Source of the DNA: the human T2T-CHM13v2.0 reference genome, Homo sapiens
NCBI RefSeq assembly: GCF_009914755.1
Contig: NC_060938.1
DNA: 64,000 nucleotides
Direction: 5' to 3' (one strand)
Positions 1-14,132 of this stretch are shown here, in pieces. The notes under the pieces are model-generated. The model ran no database searches and was not told the DNA's origin. It saw only the letters and a list, made by a program, of their open reading frames with translations. Within the stretch, counting starts at the first letter, position 1. Each line of letters begins with the position of its first letter. The position numbers and the translations under genes are program-made.

Positions 1-231
<231 letters not shown>

Positions 232-235
232 TCAA

Positions 236-455
236 TATCTATGGAGCATTTACTAAGTACAACATACCTTATTAAATGATTTGCCTACCTTTTAAAATGG
301 AATCTTTTCAGCAACCCTCTGAAGTTCTCTTATTATTTCCATTATGAGGAAACTGAAGCACAAAGTATTTGAGTGACTTGCCCAAGGTCATACAACTAAC
401 AAATGTTGTAACTGAGACTCCAATACAGGAAATCTGATTTCATAGTGTGTCTTTA
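236..455 (-). mobile_element. MIR SINE
   Basis: Reverse MIR core ATGAGGAAACTGAAGCAC...GTGACTTGCCCAAGGTCATACA. Confidence 0.8.
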
Positions 456-1636
456 TTATATTAATAAAGTGAGGCTATCACTTTTTCAGATATTAAAAGG
501 AATCCAATTGAACCAAGAAAGAACATGCTGTAAGAAATAGTTCAATAGCAGAAGATCCTTTAATAGTATGTGAAAGGAGAAATATTCTCATAGTGATGAA
601 AAGAAGAAAAGAAAAGAAAAGGAAAACCTGTAGGATTTTAGAGCACCCTGACCATCTGACCCAGGCAGACACTTCTAAGAGCTGCATGGAACTGTATTTA
701 AGATCGACAGGAATAAAACTGTCCATCTTATCTTACTTTTCTTTTACATACACTTAGACTTCTCTCTATTATTCATTGGCAACTCCAGCTCTTGAACTCC
801 GAAAATTCCACCGATGCCATTTGAGCATTGAGAAAATATACTTTTCATTTTAAGTTACATCTTCCTACTGTTTGTAGATGTTACGTGTATTCCATTGCTA
901 AGGAATCATTGTCTTTGCCTGAGGAAAAAGACAGTTTAAAAATAACTTGTGTTGTGATTAGAAAAGTCTTTGTATAAAGATACCTGAAAGAGAGAGAGTG
1001 CACAGGCACCTGTATAACACATGATGGGTGATAGTTTTCAACTGTGCTTGGCGGGGAAACATTTTGTTTTGTATAGAAATACAGTGTAGACAAGAAAAAA
1101 AGTGGTATGTTAATGTGAGGCATATTGGAATGTATTTAAGTATATCTGTTGTTAACAAACTGGATAAATCCACTAAATAGATAACATATGAAATTTACAG
1201 GCTGCAGGTGGCCATGGGTCCTCTTTTTCACCTGTTAGTGATGGTGGTGGAGGGGAAGGACGGCATAGGGGAGTAAGGGAAATAGTATTTCCACCAGGAG
1301 AATTTTGAAACTGACATGTAAGAAAATACTGTATTTTCTATTCATACCAGTTATGCTTCATACAGATATTGGGTGATTGTGAAGTTATTGTTTGTAAGTC
1401 CCTACTATGGTGTTGACTCTATACACTTTACCATATGCCCAGTGTGGGGTGTGTTTGGATGTCTTAGTGTGAGTCCAAGAATTCCAGGGAATTCAAGATA
1501 TTTTGCAGCATCATTCTTTATTTCAAAGTCTAGTCTAGACTTTTAAATATTTGAATATATTGGACTGTAAACAAAACAATATCTTGTTGAAAAGAACAAC
1601 CATCTCCATGCAACCTGAATGGATGGAAGCAGTATT

Positions 1637-1690
1637 ATCTTTAGTCGAAATCTGAAACAAAATCTTTAGTCCAAATCTGAAACAAAATCT
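1637..1690. repeat. 25-bp tandem duplication (2 copies plus partial)
   Basis: ATCTTTAGTC(G/C)AAATCTGAAACAAA at 1637-1661 and 1662-1686, 24/25 identical. Confidence 0.9.
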
Positions 1691-4080
1691 GCTTCACCAA
1701 ACTTTCTTGCAGACAAGCAGACTGCTTTGTTTGAAAATGTGGGATTGGAAAATCTGGTTGGAAGTTTTACCTTAAAATTTTTTCTTCCTATGGGGAGGGC
1801 ATGGGCTCTCCGGTAACTCTTTGTTCTGGCAGCAGGAGGAAGGACATGGCGCTGGTGTCCCGGCTGGAGGAGCCAAGGGTTACCCGGTACCTTTTATTTT
1901 CACATTAAAACACTATAGAGAAAAGGATCTGGCTCTCCACCTTTTAATATTGCTCAGTCATTTCTTTATACTTTGTGCTTCAGTGAGCACAGTATGTGGT
2001 TTGCTAGGGAAGCTATTAAAAAGAAAACCCTTCAGTTTTATGGATTTTGTCGAAATCTACAGTGAATGCATGTTTTTTAATTCCTTCACAACTACTGTAA
2101 TTCTCTAAACCTTGGTGAGGACATGCTCAAAAATTGGCTCATAATTTGTAATTTAACAAGTGACGGAATATTTTGACATTAGTAAATGAAGGGAAATGTT
2201 TTATATAACAAACCATGATCGTGGCTTTCCATTTTGGTCATTTGTACTGAGCAGATTGTCACAATCAAAGCTCTGGCTGTTAGAAGCCTAGGCCAGTTTT
2301 GTTGAAACTTTCCGGGTAACTAAGATCATTCAGGCTTGGCCTTGTATTATATTTAGATTAAAGTGGTTATCCCCTCTTTGTGTTCAGAATGCCCACCCCT
2401 CTCCCATCTTTCTTTTTGCTCTAACTTACATAAACTGTTTTGCATGTTTATTTATAATTCGTAGCCTATATTCACCTCTGGGTTTTAACTTCTTGCATTT
2501 CATTTCTTAAGAGTCCTTCTCAGCATTTCACCATCTCCTAAGTGTTAGTGAGTAAAGGATGGCAAGAAACTTGACAGAGAAGGTGTTAGTGGGTCAGGGA
2601 AAAGTCCAGTGTGGAGGCTATAGTCTTATGGGATGGTAGAGGCCATACTTCTGGTGACTGTATTCATCATCCACTTGGATTCTCTCTCACACAGAGTCTG
2701 ATTTAGCGTAGACAGTGTCATCTTTTAGTTGGCTTAGAAAAGCTTGACCCCAAATGTACTCTGAGAAGTCCTTAAAAATAAATTTGTATTAATCCAGTAA
2801 TTCTCTAGATAAGAAACTTAAAATTCTGTAGGAAGTATGTGTGACATACAGAAATAAGTGAAATGGATGACAATGAAACTAACATTGCTTTTTAAATCAC
2901 CATATGTGCATAAAATACACATGCATAAATAAGGCCCACTGGCTGGCTGAGTATGACTCATGTTTTATACTCATTTTGTTTTCTTGCAATAAGAAAGCTT
3001 AACTGGGTAATAAAGCTCCCTCTCTTCTGGTCCCTGAGAAACCAACCTCACAGCTGCAGGTCCCATTTTTAGCTAGGACAAATCTCATCTTATTTAACCA
3101 ATCTTTCCATAAGTGGCTTCGTTGAGGAAGTTATTACTTTCTGTGGTCTAAATTGCCTAACAGAAAGTCATTTTACCTAAATCCTAGGACCCCTGTGGGA
3201 AAATCCCAATTGGTTACTGTGCCTGTAAACTAAATAAGGTACTGACTGGCTCCTCCTTTTAAGCAGAACTAGTTTTAAGATCTTCTCTTACATCACCTTA
3301 GTTAAACTTGAAAATTTCCTGTTTGTTATAGCGAGAAAAGCAACTCAATTCTCCTATTTCTAAATATTGTTAGAAAGGGTCTGCTGTTGAATACAATTCA
3401 ATTCCTAGGACTGTTGTGGGGAAATCTGAATGAATATGTTGCATATTGACCTAGAAATATATTGTAAAATGTGATTTATTTGCAAAGAAGCTCTGAAATT
3501 CTGTGCTATTCGTGAGATACTGCTCCTTTTGTAAACGTTAAAAGCCACAAATCTTTTTTTCTTGTCAATTCAATTGAATACTTAAGAGGATTGCATAATA
3601 ATTATCCTTTAAAAAATAGGATTAATATTTAACTGTGTTCAGCAAAATTAATTGAAAGCTTCTGCAGTTCAGGCACAAAAATAGTTGTCCAAGTAAACTG
3701 CAAAGGCTCCATGTTGCAAAATTATTTAAGCATATAATAATTTTACCTTTCACTTGTGTATGACATTTTACAGATAACTCACTATTAATAAGTATGTATT
3801 AAGGTAATTATAAGTACATTCTGCTTTTATAGTTATAAATAAGCCTTCTGGTTCCCCACAATAGAGCTTATTATTATCCCCTTAATGTGGAAGAGTAAAT
3901 GGAGGCAAAGATTGAGCATTAATTGTAGGACTGTCATCTATCTAAGCTGATTAGTATATGGTGAAGGGATTAATATCTCTGAATAGATTATAATTTTGAT
4001 ATCTATGACTTATCTCTAATAATGTTCAATTCTTTACCATATCAGCAAAATGGAATCATTTGCAGTTAAAAAAATACCCT

Positions 4081-4912
<832 letters not shown>

Positions 4913-5179
4913 TGCTCTAAGGAAATGGCAACGTTCCTAGCTCTCTTCTCTTCAGTGTCACCAAAGCTAGGTGCTGTTCTACAGTTTAACTCTTGATGCT
5001 AATGGCTTGGAAAGAAAGAGAGTGAACACAACAGGTTTCCAGGGGGAGGCTCGGAGTTCTTACTCAGTATTGGTGGGACTGTACTTGTTTTAGGATGATG
5101 CATCATAGCCTAATCTAATTTACTGAGCATCTACTAAGTGCCAAGCACAGTTGTAGCTCTAACAGGGCCAGCTTTGCTG

Positions 5180-5320
5180 TTTCTAGTTCTGCTTAGGCTA
5201 CTAACCCACCATGTGGTCTCGACAGACTATGCTGAGCTAAAGTATCCCATTTCTTTTTCTGTGTAAAATAAGAGGGCTTGGATAAATGTTCTCTCAGGTT
5301 CTTCCAGCTCAAACACAATA
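5180..5320 (+). mobile_element. MIR3-like fragment
   Basis: TTCTGTGTAAAATAAGAGGGCTTGGATAAATG..TCAGGTTCTTCCAGCTC resembles the MIR3 3' end. Confidence 0.55.
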
Positions 5321-5587
5321 TTATTTATTCCTTATATATTCTGAATATGTATACTTTAAAACTTTAGCTGCTCCACTTGAAAATCTAAGTTTTTATTGTC
5401 CTCCTCAAAGGACTCCTTGCTTCATTATCTAATGTTTTTCCCTTTGAAGAGAGTATTTCATTCCTAAGAGGGGTTTAAAAGAAGATTCACCTGGTCTGAA
5501 CCTGATATTCTCCAAATGACAATTCTCTAACCTAAATTTAAAAACACAAGCAAAAAAGGACTGAGAAGCTGAGATGAGGAAGCTCTG

Positions 5588-5705
5588 TTGGGCAAGTCAA
5601 AATGGGGCCAATAATATTTACTTCACAGGGTTATTAAAAGAGATAACATATGTAAAGCCCATAGTTCAGAGCCTGACGCTTAACAGACACTCAACAAGGG
5701 ATGTT
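5588..5705 (+). mobile_element. MIR fragment
   Basis: TTGGGCAAGTC..AAAATGGGG..AATAATATTTACTTCACAGGGTTATT..TGTAAAGC. Confidence 0.65.
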
Positions 5706-6120
5706 CTTATTCTTTTTTTCTTGAGAAACGAGCTAATCATTTGAAATGTAAAATTTTGTTCATGGAATTGCATAAGATACCATTCTATTTCTACAACTAT
5801 TTCTGTAGTCTTAAATGCCCTGCATTAAAAGATTGTTGTTTAATATATTGTACCTCTTTTGCCATCTATTTGTTAAATATTGGCTGCCTGGTTTCTGATT
5901 TTGCTGAATTTGACTTTTTTAAAAAAAACCTAATTGTTTTCTTCAAGAATACAAGCCAACATTGTAAAGGATGATTTACTCTAAGATAATGCTGAAAGAG
6001 ATGTGGTATGAAATTTTGTTAAATTTATAAGATAAATTTGGGATATTCTTTTACTGGACAAACTTTTTATTAAGAATATATTGTTTCTTGAAACACTAAG
6101 TTTTGGGATAAGTTATTAAA

Positions 6121-6564
6121 ACAAATTTGGGAGTGGCTTAGTTGGGTGTTTCTCACTTGGATCTCTCATGAGATTGTAAACAAGATGCTAGCCAGCGCTA
6201 CAGTCACTTGATAGCTTGTCTCAGGGATTTGCTTCCATTGGTTCATTCATGTTCAGGCAAGTTGGTGCTGGCAATTGTCAGGAGACACCAGTTTCTGGTC
6301 ATGTGGATCTCTTCATGGGAAGGCTTCAATGTTTTTATGTCATGGCATTTGACTTGCTCTAGGATGAGTGATCTAAGAGACAGGAAGAAGGAACCCACAA
6401 TGTCTTTTGTGATCTAGGCTTGTAAGTCAAACTCTGCCACAACTGAAATATCTTACTAGTTACACAGATCAGCCTTATTCAGTTTGGGAGGAGACTACAC
6501 ACCAGCTTGAATACCAGGAAGTGAGAATCATTGTGGACGATCTTGGATGATAGTTACTCCCACA
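6121..6564 (-). mobile_element. MaLR LTR (MLT1H-like)
   Basis: Reverse MLT1 motifs GGCAAGTTGGTGCTGGC, GACTACACACCAGCTTGAATACCAGGAAG, ends CCCACA. Confidence 0.7.
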
Positions 6565-6730
6565 TCAGGGTTCTTCTGGCTTAGGCTCATTTCTCTTATC
6601 TTTCTGTGCATTCTCTGTGAACAAGCCCATTCACATCTATAGATTCACATACCACCTTTATGCCTAATTATTTCCAAATATATAAGTAAGCCCAGATTTC
6701 TCTTCTGTTCTTCAGATCCCAATGCATAAT
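6565..6730 (+). mobile_element. L2 RT-region fragment
   Basis: ACATACCACCTTTATGCC..CCAAATATAT..GCCCAGATTTCTC, decayed L2 YADD region. Confidence 0.55.
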
Positions 6731-6759
6731 ACTTACATTTTATCCATTCCCCCAACTGG

Positions 6760-7095
6760 TATCTACTGAGTAGCCACTAGAAACCCAGCCTTAAACTAGT
6801 CTAGACAAATAGGACAGGCCTTCAGCCCTCATGGAACTTACAGTTTAGTGAAGCAGGAAGAAAGCAAACATGTAAATAAAGAAAATATTTACAGCTAGTG
6901 GTAAGTTTAGTCAAAGAAATATACTGTTGTAATAATGATGGGGGTGGGGCATGTGATAGAAGAGGAGAGAGTTGGCTACTTTAGATGAAGCGGACAAAGA
7001 AGGACTCTTTGAATAAGTGATATTTAAGATGAGACCTGAGAGACAAGATTTGAAAGATCGAAAAGAAACCATTCCAGGCACTGAGAACTAGACTT
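6760..7095 (-). mobile_element. L2 3' fragment
   Basis: GCCCTCATGGAACTTACAGTTTAGTG, GTGATATTTAAGATGAGACCTGA, CATTCCAGGCA. Confidence 0.65.
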
Positions 7096-7921
7096 TAAGT
7101 GCAAGCCCTTACTATAAGTCCAAACATTCACTAATCATCAGATACCCGGTCTAGACATCTAAGCACAGTATTTCTTTTTCATTATGTATCCTTCAGAATA
7201 CTAGCTCCCAAAAGTTTCTGTAAAAGACTGATTTAATGGGGCTACTGCATATTCTCCCCCTCTCTAGGAGACTAACAATTATGGTGAACAACTAAATCTG
7301 TACAGTGGTGTCAGGGAATCTGTTCCATGGTGTTTACTCAGTGTTTCTAAATAGATTTTACCATAGAACTCTTTTTGTCCCCCTCCGCCCATAAAACATG
7401 TATTCCCTCCATTTTGGGAAACTCCATTTCAGGCTGATTTCTCACTCTCCTGATTCTCAAATCCCTTGTGCCTTTATTCCTGGTGCCCTCAGCCATGGTC
7501 CAGTAGCATCCATTTCCCTATCCCAGCTTTTCCTTAATCCTACCTGGTTACCATATTCCAATGTATTCTGCTTACTTGCTTTTCCCTGCCACCATTCGTT
7601 GTGTCTCATCTTTGTTTATGTCTCTTCTGGCCTCCAGGTTTATTGGTAACATTAAATATTTTCATTTTTATGGTCATTCTCTAATATTTGTTATTTTCTG
7701 GGTTATATTAATGTCTCAAAACTCTCTTTCTTTATGCCCCAGGGGAGATATTGTCTATAGAAAATTAGAGATGCTTAGCATTAAATTTAGTTTTAGTTCC
7801 TTCTCCATCTCCCAATCAGGCACCCTCTCTACATTAGCCTTACCTGAAAATTTGAGTGCCAGGGAGTTCATCAGCTTAGAGAGAAGCCCCCTTCATTTTT
7901 TATAGCTCCAGTTTTTAGGAA

Positions 7922-8057
7922 TTTTTTTTGTTTGTTTTTAAGAGACAGGGTCTTGCTATGTTGCCCAGGTTGGTCTTGAATTCCTGGGCTCAAGGGATTC
8001 TCCCACCTCAGCTTCCCAAAATACTGGGATTACAGGTGTGAGCCATAGTGCACAGGC
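7922..8057 (-). mobile_element. Free left Alu monomer (FLAM_C-like)
   Basis: T-tail then GAGACAGGGTCTTGCTATGTTGCCCAGG..CTGGGCTCAAG..GATTACAGGTGTGAGCCA, single ~135-bp monomer. Confidence 0.85.
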
Positions 8058-10259
8058 TTCTTTGTTGTATTGAAACCAAACATGCCTATCATTGGTGAAC
8101 TTACTTTAGTCCTTTTGCGTTAAGTTTTTGTCATGTCTTTCCTATACCTTTTCTTTTTCAGAACAACTCTGTATATGCTATTGTTTTATGACATTTCAAT
8201 TTTTTTTACTCATTTTAAACTAGTGTATACAATGAGAAAGCTCTTTTATTAGTTAACAGATGTTAGCAAAACTCATCCTCACAACTTAAAACTTCTTTCT
8301 GCCAAAAGAGCATTAAATTTGGTTTGGATTGCAACTGGTGATACCACCATCTATATGGCTAGCAGAAATACTTTAGTGTCCTTGCAAGGCAGTGAGTTGA
8401 AGGAGCAGGAGGGAAAGATGGCAGAGGCTGGATCAGGAAATAGAAGTCAGCCACTCATTGTAACTCTTGGAAAATTCTGAATTGGGTAAAGCTTGTTTTG
8501 ACACTCTTACTTGCTCTTTCTAGACTTCTTTTCCCAATGCATGGATTCCCTTCCTGTTTTTTTCCACTTAATGTGCACAGAATATCTTGCTTTTTTCCTC
8601 AGTTAAAACTTGCTTTCAGGAAAGATTTGGTTTCAGCTGCTTGTATCTTTGTTGAGAATATAACATACTGTCATTCTCAAGTGTATGTACACTTTAAGCA
8701 CAGTATTGGTTAGTTACCCATGTCACTACCTATGGGTTGAAAGGCATTGCTCTCTTGTGTGGAAGGAATTTTAAGCTTCAAAAACTATGTGAGAGTGATT
8801 TTGGAGGGCTGGAAAAGGGATTTATATTGGTTTTCCTAAAAATATACAAATATTTCAGCTGCCTGTTTTCTTGCATTTAAGTCTTGCCTGCAAATTTCCC
8901 TAAATATTCTGTTCCCTAAATAAATTCTGTAATGCATCCTAAGTATTCTCCCAGGCAGTGTTTCTCAAACTTATCAATGAACTTCTGGTATCAAAGGAGA
9001 GTGAATGCATAGAGCCCTGGGAACTGAGGGTGTGGCTTTACAGAACAGTGCTCAGAATGAACCTGATTCCTTTGTGAAATTGTTTCCTCTTCTTGCAGAC
9101 TAAAAATCAATTTAATCCAAAAGATAGATGAAAATGGAGAATTATTGTGAAAGTCTTAACCATATAGGGCAGTAATGAAGGCATAGCATTAATCTAGAGA
9201 ATAACTAATCCCTTTTGATGAATGGCATGTAAATAAATGCATTCCAAACAGATGTTTTTAGGTATCACATGCCCACCTTTTATTGTTTCGGGGTCACTTC
9301 AATACTGAGACATTTTATAAATGAAGCTCTCCTATACAATATAGACTCTCACACAGAGAGAGAGAGTAACTCGAAATTCATCACCGAATTCAACCCAAGA
9401 GAATATCCTTCTTAACTTGGGATTCTGTGAATACACAACTTAATATTTCATTTTGATATACAGTCAAGGATCCTGAAAAGAGATGAATATAATTTATACA
9501 AAGTCACCTTCATGCAAATGGCAATTTTGGATGAAAGTGGGAACGCCCATTTCCTAATCATAGTTTCTTCATTTTTTCCTGGTAGTCCTTGGAGTTCTGA
9601 CACAAGATGCTAATGGTAAAAATTAATATTGGGTGATAATAAATATATCCTTGTGATTTGTCACTTCCCTTTTCTGCTTTTTGAGATTTTTATGATTGTG
9701 ACCACTACAAAACTGTCCCTAAGGTTATTTCAGTCTATATTATCTATGCATGTAGGTTGGTACAGTACTATATAATTTTACTGCACCTTTTCAACTGATG
9801 ACAATTATTATTTAAGACTTTAACTTTATTAAAGTACATCTTAATATGATTAAGACACCATTGTTGAAGACCTGAGCACTTTCAAACTTTTCAATACGTA
9901 TATATTAAGAGTCTACGCTGGACAGCATACAGTACCTAAAGACAAAATGCTTAAAATGAAAGTTTAAAAAAAATACAGTTTAAAATTCATGTGATAAAAA
10001 TGTGTGACTCAAGTGTCCAAAAGAAAACTGCTTATATTTGCAGACTAAAACCTGTGTTATTGCTTCCACTATTTGAATGATGATAATTATTAGCCAACAG
10101 TTTAATGAATCAGCAATTAATTAGTGAACACCTGTAATCTGCAAACCTGGGAATCAAGGCTTGGAGAGGTAGTAGGGGTTGTAATCAACATTTAGGAAGC
10201 ACTGATTATATTTATGTTTTACGTTTTCTGGCTATTTGTTTAAATGATTTGTTTATCTT

Positions 10260-10555
10260 GATAAGTGACATATTCTTCCCTATTGACTTTGGGGTTGGCC
10301 ATAAAACTTGCTTTGATGATTGGAAAATGGGGAGGAATGGAAGTATGCCAGTGAGCTGAGGCATTAAGAGGCTTCGTTTGTGTCCATTTGCTCTCTTACT
10401 CCAATTCCTCAGCTCAGCACTGGCTATTACTTCAGCCTGGTTTTAAAATAATAAAGCACGTGGAGCCCCAGCTGAGTGCAGGAGCGCAAGAATTATTTGT
10501 TCTTGGAAAGTTTTGAGATATTGTGGTTGTTTGATGCAATCAGTATAACCTTAGA
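10260..10555 (+). mobile_element. Old MaLR LTR (MLT1I/J-like)
   Basis: TTGACTTTGGGGTTGGCCATAAAACTTGCTTTG..GGAAGTATGCCAG. Confidence 0.55.
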
Positions 10556-10589
10556 AAAATTTTATATGTGTACATTTAAGCTTTATGTC

Positions 10590-10720
10590 CATTATATAAG
10601 ATATAGTATTCTCATTTCACAGATGAGGAAATTAAGGAGTCAAAGGGGTTCAGCATTTTTTTCCATAGTCTCATTACTGGGAAGTGGCAGATCTAACCAG
10701 AATGTCAAAATATTTACACT
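10590..10720 (-). mobile_element. MIR core fragment
   Basis: ATTCTCATTTCACAGATGAGGAAATTAAGG. Confidence 0.7.
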
Positions 10721-13340
10721 GCACCCTGCTTGGCTAGGGTAAGTATGGAACAATGGTAAGACTCCTGCCTGAAAGTCAGGAAACCCATGTTCTAGTCTTA
10801 AAGAAATCATCGAGTCTCTTCCTCTAGGAAAGGCATATAGATTGAAGTCTTTGTTGGGGTCATAATTCCCTCTCAAGCCTCCTGTTGTCTCTGATTAGTA
10901 GACTGTGCATATAATTGACATTTACTGAGGATTACTTTGAGTAAGATTGTCCATAGTAAATATTAGCTGTTGGACTCTAATTTCTTTCAGAGGTGGTGCT
11001 ATTATTTTTCAATATAATGGGAATGAAAAGAAAGCATTAATGCTCAATTCTCAAAAGATTTATATAATTTGTGAGTCACAGACTATAAGTAATCAGATGT
11101 TCAGAAACACTTAAAGAAGCTCCAGGGATAACGCCAGCTTCTACTCTGGAGTGGGAGTTAATGCACTTCCCCCGCAGAATGAGCTGAGCAGTCAGAGTGC
11201 TTATCTGAGTAATTTAGGCAAAACTTGTGGGTTTTAAAAATATGCCTGAATTTTGTGGATAATTACACCAACTCTTATTTCACTGGAGACTTATAGAATG
11301 ACCCTATAGTCATAGATTAACCATGACAAACTTAAACTTTTAGAAGAATGAATTCATGCATATAAATGAGGATATGGTATAAATGAAGTTTCCTTTGGGA
11401 CATGATTCACCTTTTCTATCTTCTCCTTTCCACAAGTATTATTTTTCTTTTATGAATCATCATACTCTCACAGCAAGGAAGGCATTACAAAATCACCAGT
11501 GTCATCAAATCTTATTCTTGATACCCTACAATCAGGCTGTTTTGTGAGCTTCAATTTCACTTACTATTTTCCCCAAAGAAAAGGAACAGGTTTTCTCCTA
11601 AAATCTCTCTATTCTACATGAGAATAGGAAGGCCTATCTAGGTTATCAAGACACTCTTTGTGCCTAAGAATTGCCTCTGAAACAACTGTGGTAGGAATTT
11701 TAAGTAGATTATCTCCTTTGAACTTCACAGCGTGTTTAGATGCTATGGCTTGGCCAAATACATAATTTCCCTATGTGGCCAGGGTGCCAGGATTGATACC
11801 CACGTTGCCTGACTTCGAAGCCCATGCTCATCCTACTACTCCATGCTTCTAAGGGGTGTTCTAAAGCAAATTGCAATGTTTCCTAGTTAAGTCCATGGCT
11901 GAGAGGGATTGTACAATGAGCTGTTTGATGACCTGAGAGCTAAGAAATGGGGATTATTAGGGAAGAATCAAAGGAAGGATAAGAAGTGGACAGGAGGATA
12001 AGTGTGATGGGGGGAGACGAGAAAGCCATGTTTTTTTTTTTTTCTTCCTGCACTGTAGTTTTGCCAAGAAAAAGTCCTTACTATAAGATTACTTTTAACA
12101 GCAACTTTAAGCTTTATATGTTTATTCACATGGTGACAGTTCTTGTTTATGATTTCAGGTTTATTTTTAAGAGGATACTCATAAAACTTGATATCATGAG
12201 GTAGTCTTTAATGTCCCACAGATTTCTTTTTCGGAGTTTCCCCTTTCCTTATACTTGTGACCTCTAATCCTACCTTCCAAGAAAGTTTACCATTCCTGTT
12301 GAGCATCTACCATGAAGAAAGTACTCTGACCTTGACCCCCCAGCTTTCTCTCTACATGATTCTCTTCTCCCCACACAGGTCTCTGTAGTCCTGGCCTTTC
12401 CATTTTCTGACTTGCCTGCAAAATTTGCCAGTCACAAGTTCCATTTCTTTAGGAACCTAAAGAAATCCATACAAATAGTCTGTGTTAATGGTTAAGTGTT
12501 TATTCCGTGTGGATAACATAGTTGTACTTGGCCAGGGGGCCTTCTGAATAAAATGTTTTTAGGTTTCATGAAAATAACTTATGATCTATTAGACTCATAG
12601 TATTTTAAAGCTAAAAGCAAACTTAGAAGAAATTCTGGTATAATTTCATCAGTTTTTCAAATGGGAAAATGAGGCCAAAAGGCATTCCTAGAATTTAGTT
12701 CTTAAATCACACTTTCAAGATAGTGATATGGCAATTATTCCTTCAATTATTGCTTCAGAAATGGGCCAAAAAAAAAAAAGAAGTACAAAAAGAAATGATT
12801 TGATTGAAGTTACACAGAGGATCAAAAGCCCAACTGGAATGGATTCCTTTTACCTACCTTCCTTCTGATTTTGCAAGTGATGTTTAGAATATCCTCAAGA
12901 TCCTTTTTTTATGAAGATGACACATTTTAGCTACAGACCTCCTTAATTTTGCTTATAAAACTTGTCTGTCTTTTCAAATTCTGTTAAACTGAAATTTTAT
13001 GGATGTCTGAAACCTGGAAGTAGCAGTGGTTGAGTTGAAGGGTGAGCAGAGTTAGGGAAAACTTCCTCTTAGGGCTTAGTTGCTTTTATTTTAGAAGTCA
13101 CCCTTCTCTGTTTTGGCATTATACTGGCAATGATGTGATTGAAAAGAAAATTAAGAACCAACTACTGTCAGTGTCAAATTAGTCGCTTTTGTAAATAAGA
13201 AAAGCTTTTCAATCAGGAACTTGAAAGGCCATCTGGATTTTATAGTTTGCTCAAACAAAAATAAATACTAAATACTGTAAACCAATCATTTCTAAATTAG
13301 CTGTAGTAATAAAATATGCTACTTATAAAAATTACTTTCC

Positions 13341-13390
13341 TCTGTAGGCCTGGGTTGGTAACAAAACAAAGCAAAACAAAACAAAAAAAC
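13341..13390 (+). mobile_element. Tiny TSD-flanked retro-insertion of unknown origin (19-nt body plus A-rich tail)
   Basis: AATTACTTTCC at 13330-13340 and 13391-13401 flank TCTGTAGGCCTGGGTTGGT plus an (AAAAC)n tail. Confidence 0.65.
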
Positions 13391-13879
13391 AATTACTTTC
13401 CATTTTCTAGCCAAATGAGATTACTAAATATATTAGGTGTCTTTGCTTTTTCTATACTGAACAAGAATCTTGAAATCCAAAAGGGTTTATGAGCAATTCA
13501 TAACTGATAGATAAAGGAATTTGTGTGAGTAGTGATATAAGTTTAGATTGGTTATTTACCATTTATTCTTAACGAAAGTACAGATTTTTATTATTATAAA
13601 AATAAATTACTGAGGTTAAATTAGTCCGATTGATTGACTTTTTTTCTTCTTGTCCAATCGCAAATGATAACTCTTACCAGTTTCTATAGGATGAGATTTT
13701 GTCTTTTGGCTTAATATGATATTTAATGCCTAATTTCTTACAAAATTCCAGACTAGACATCTGATTATATTTCATGATGTATGGTATAAAAGTTGCAGTT
13801 ATGTCATATGAGTGTCTTAACAATTGTAGATCTCAAAGCTAAAGATTCACTACTTTAATTGTTTGCTTTTATAAAATAA

Positions 13880-14132
13880 AAGCAGCTAATATAGGACATT
13901 TACTATTTTCCAGGCACTGTGTCGAAAGCATTAAATGCTTTATCTATTTAATTTCCACACAAACCAATAAGGTAAACACAATCATCACTCCCATTTTAAA
14001 GATGAGGAAACTGGGATTTGGAGGGTTAAGTAACTTGCCCATGGTCCGCAGTTATCAAGGAGGAACTGGAACGTAAATCTAGGTTTGTCTAACCTTGAAG
14101 TCTATGTGCATAGCCATTGTGCCACACTACCT
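13880..14132 (-). mobile_element. Near full-length MIR (MIRb-like)
   Basis: CATTTACTAT..CCAGGCACTGTG, CCCATTTTAAAGATGAGGAAACTG..GGTTAAGTAACTTGCCCA. Confidence 0.9.

Noticed and set aside
8140-12380. Isolated strong plus-strand acceptors (8161, 9098, 12378)
   Set aside because: No strong paired donor at exon distance; lone pyrimidine-AG motifs are common in AT-rich DNA
12660-12800. AAATG(A)GGCCAAAA repeated around ~80 bp with an A-run inside a MIR3-like relic
   Set aside because: The A-run lies outside the repeats, so the geometry does not fit a TPRT insertion
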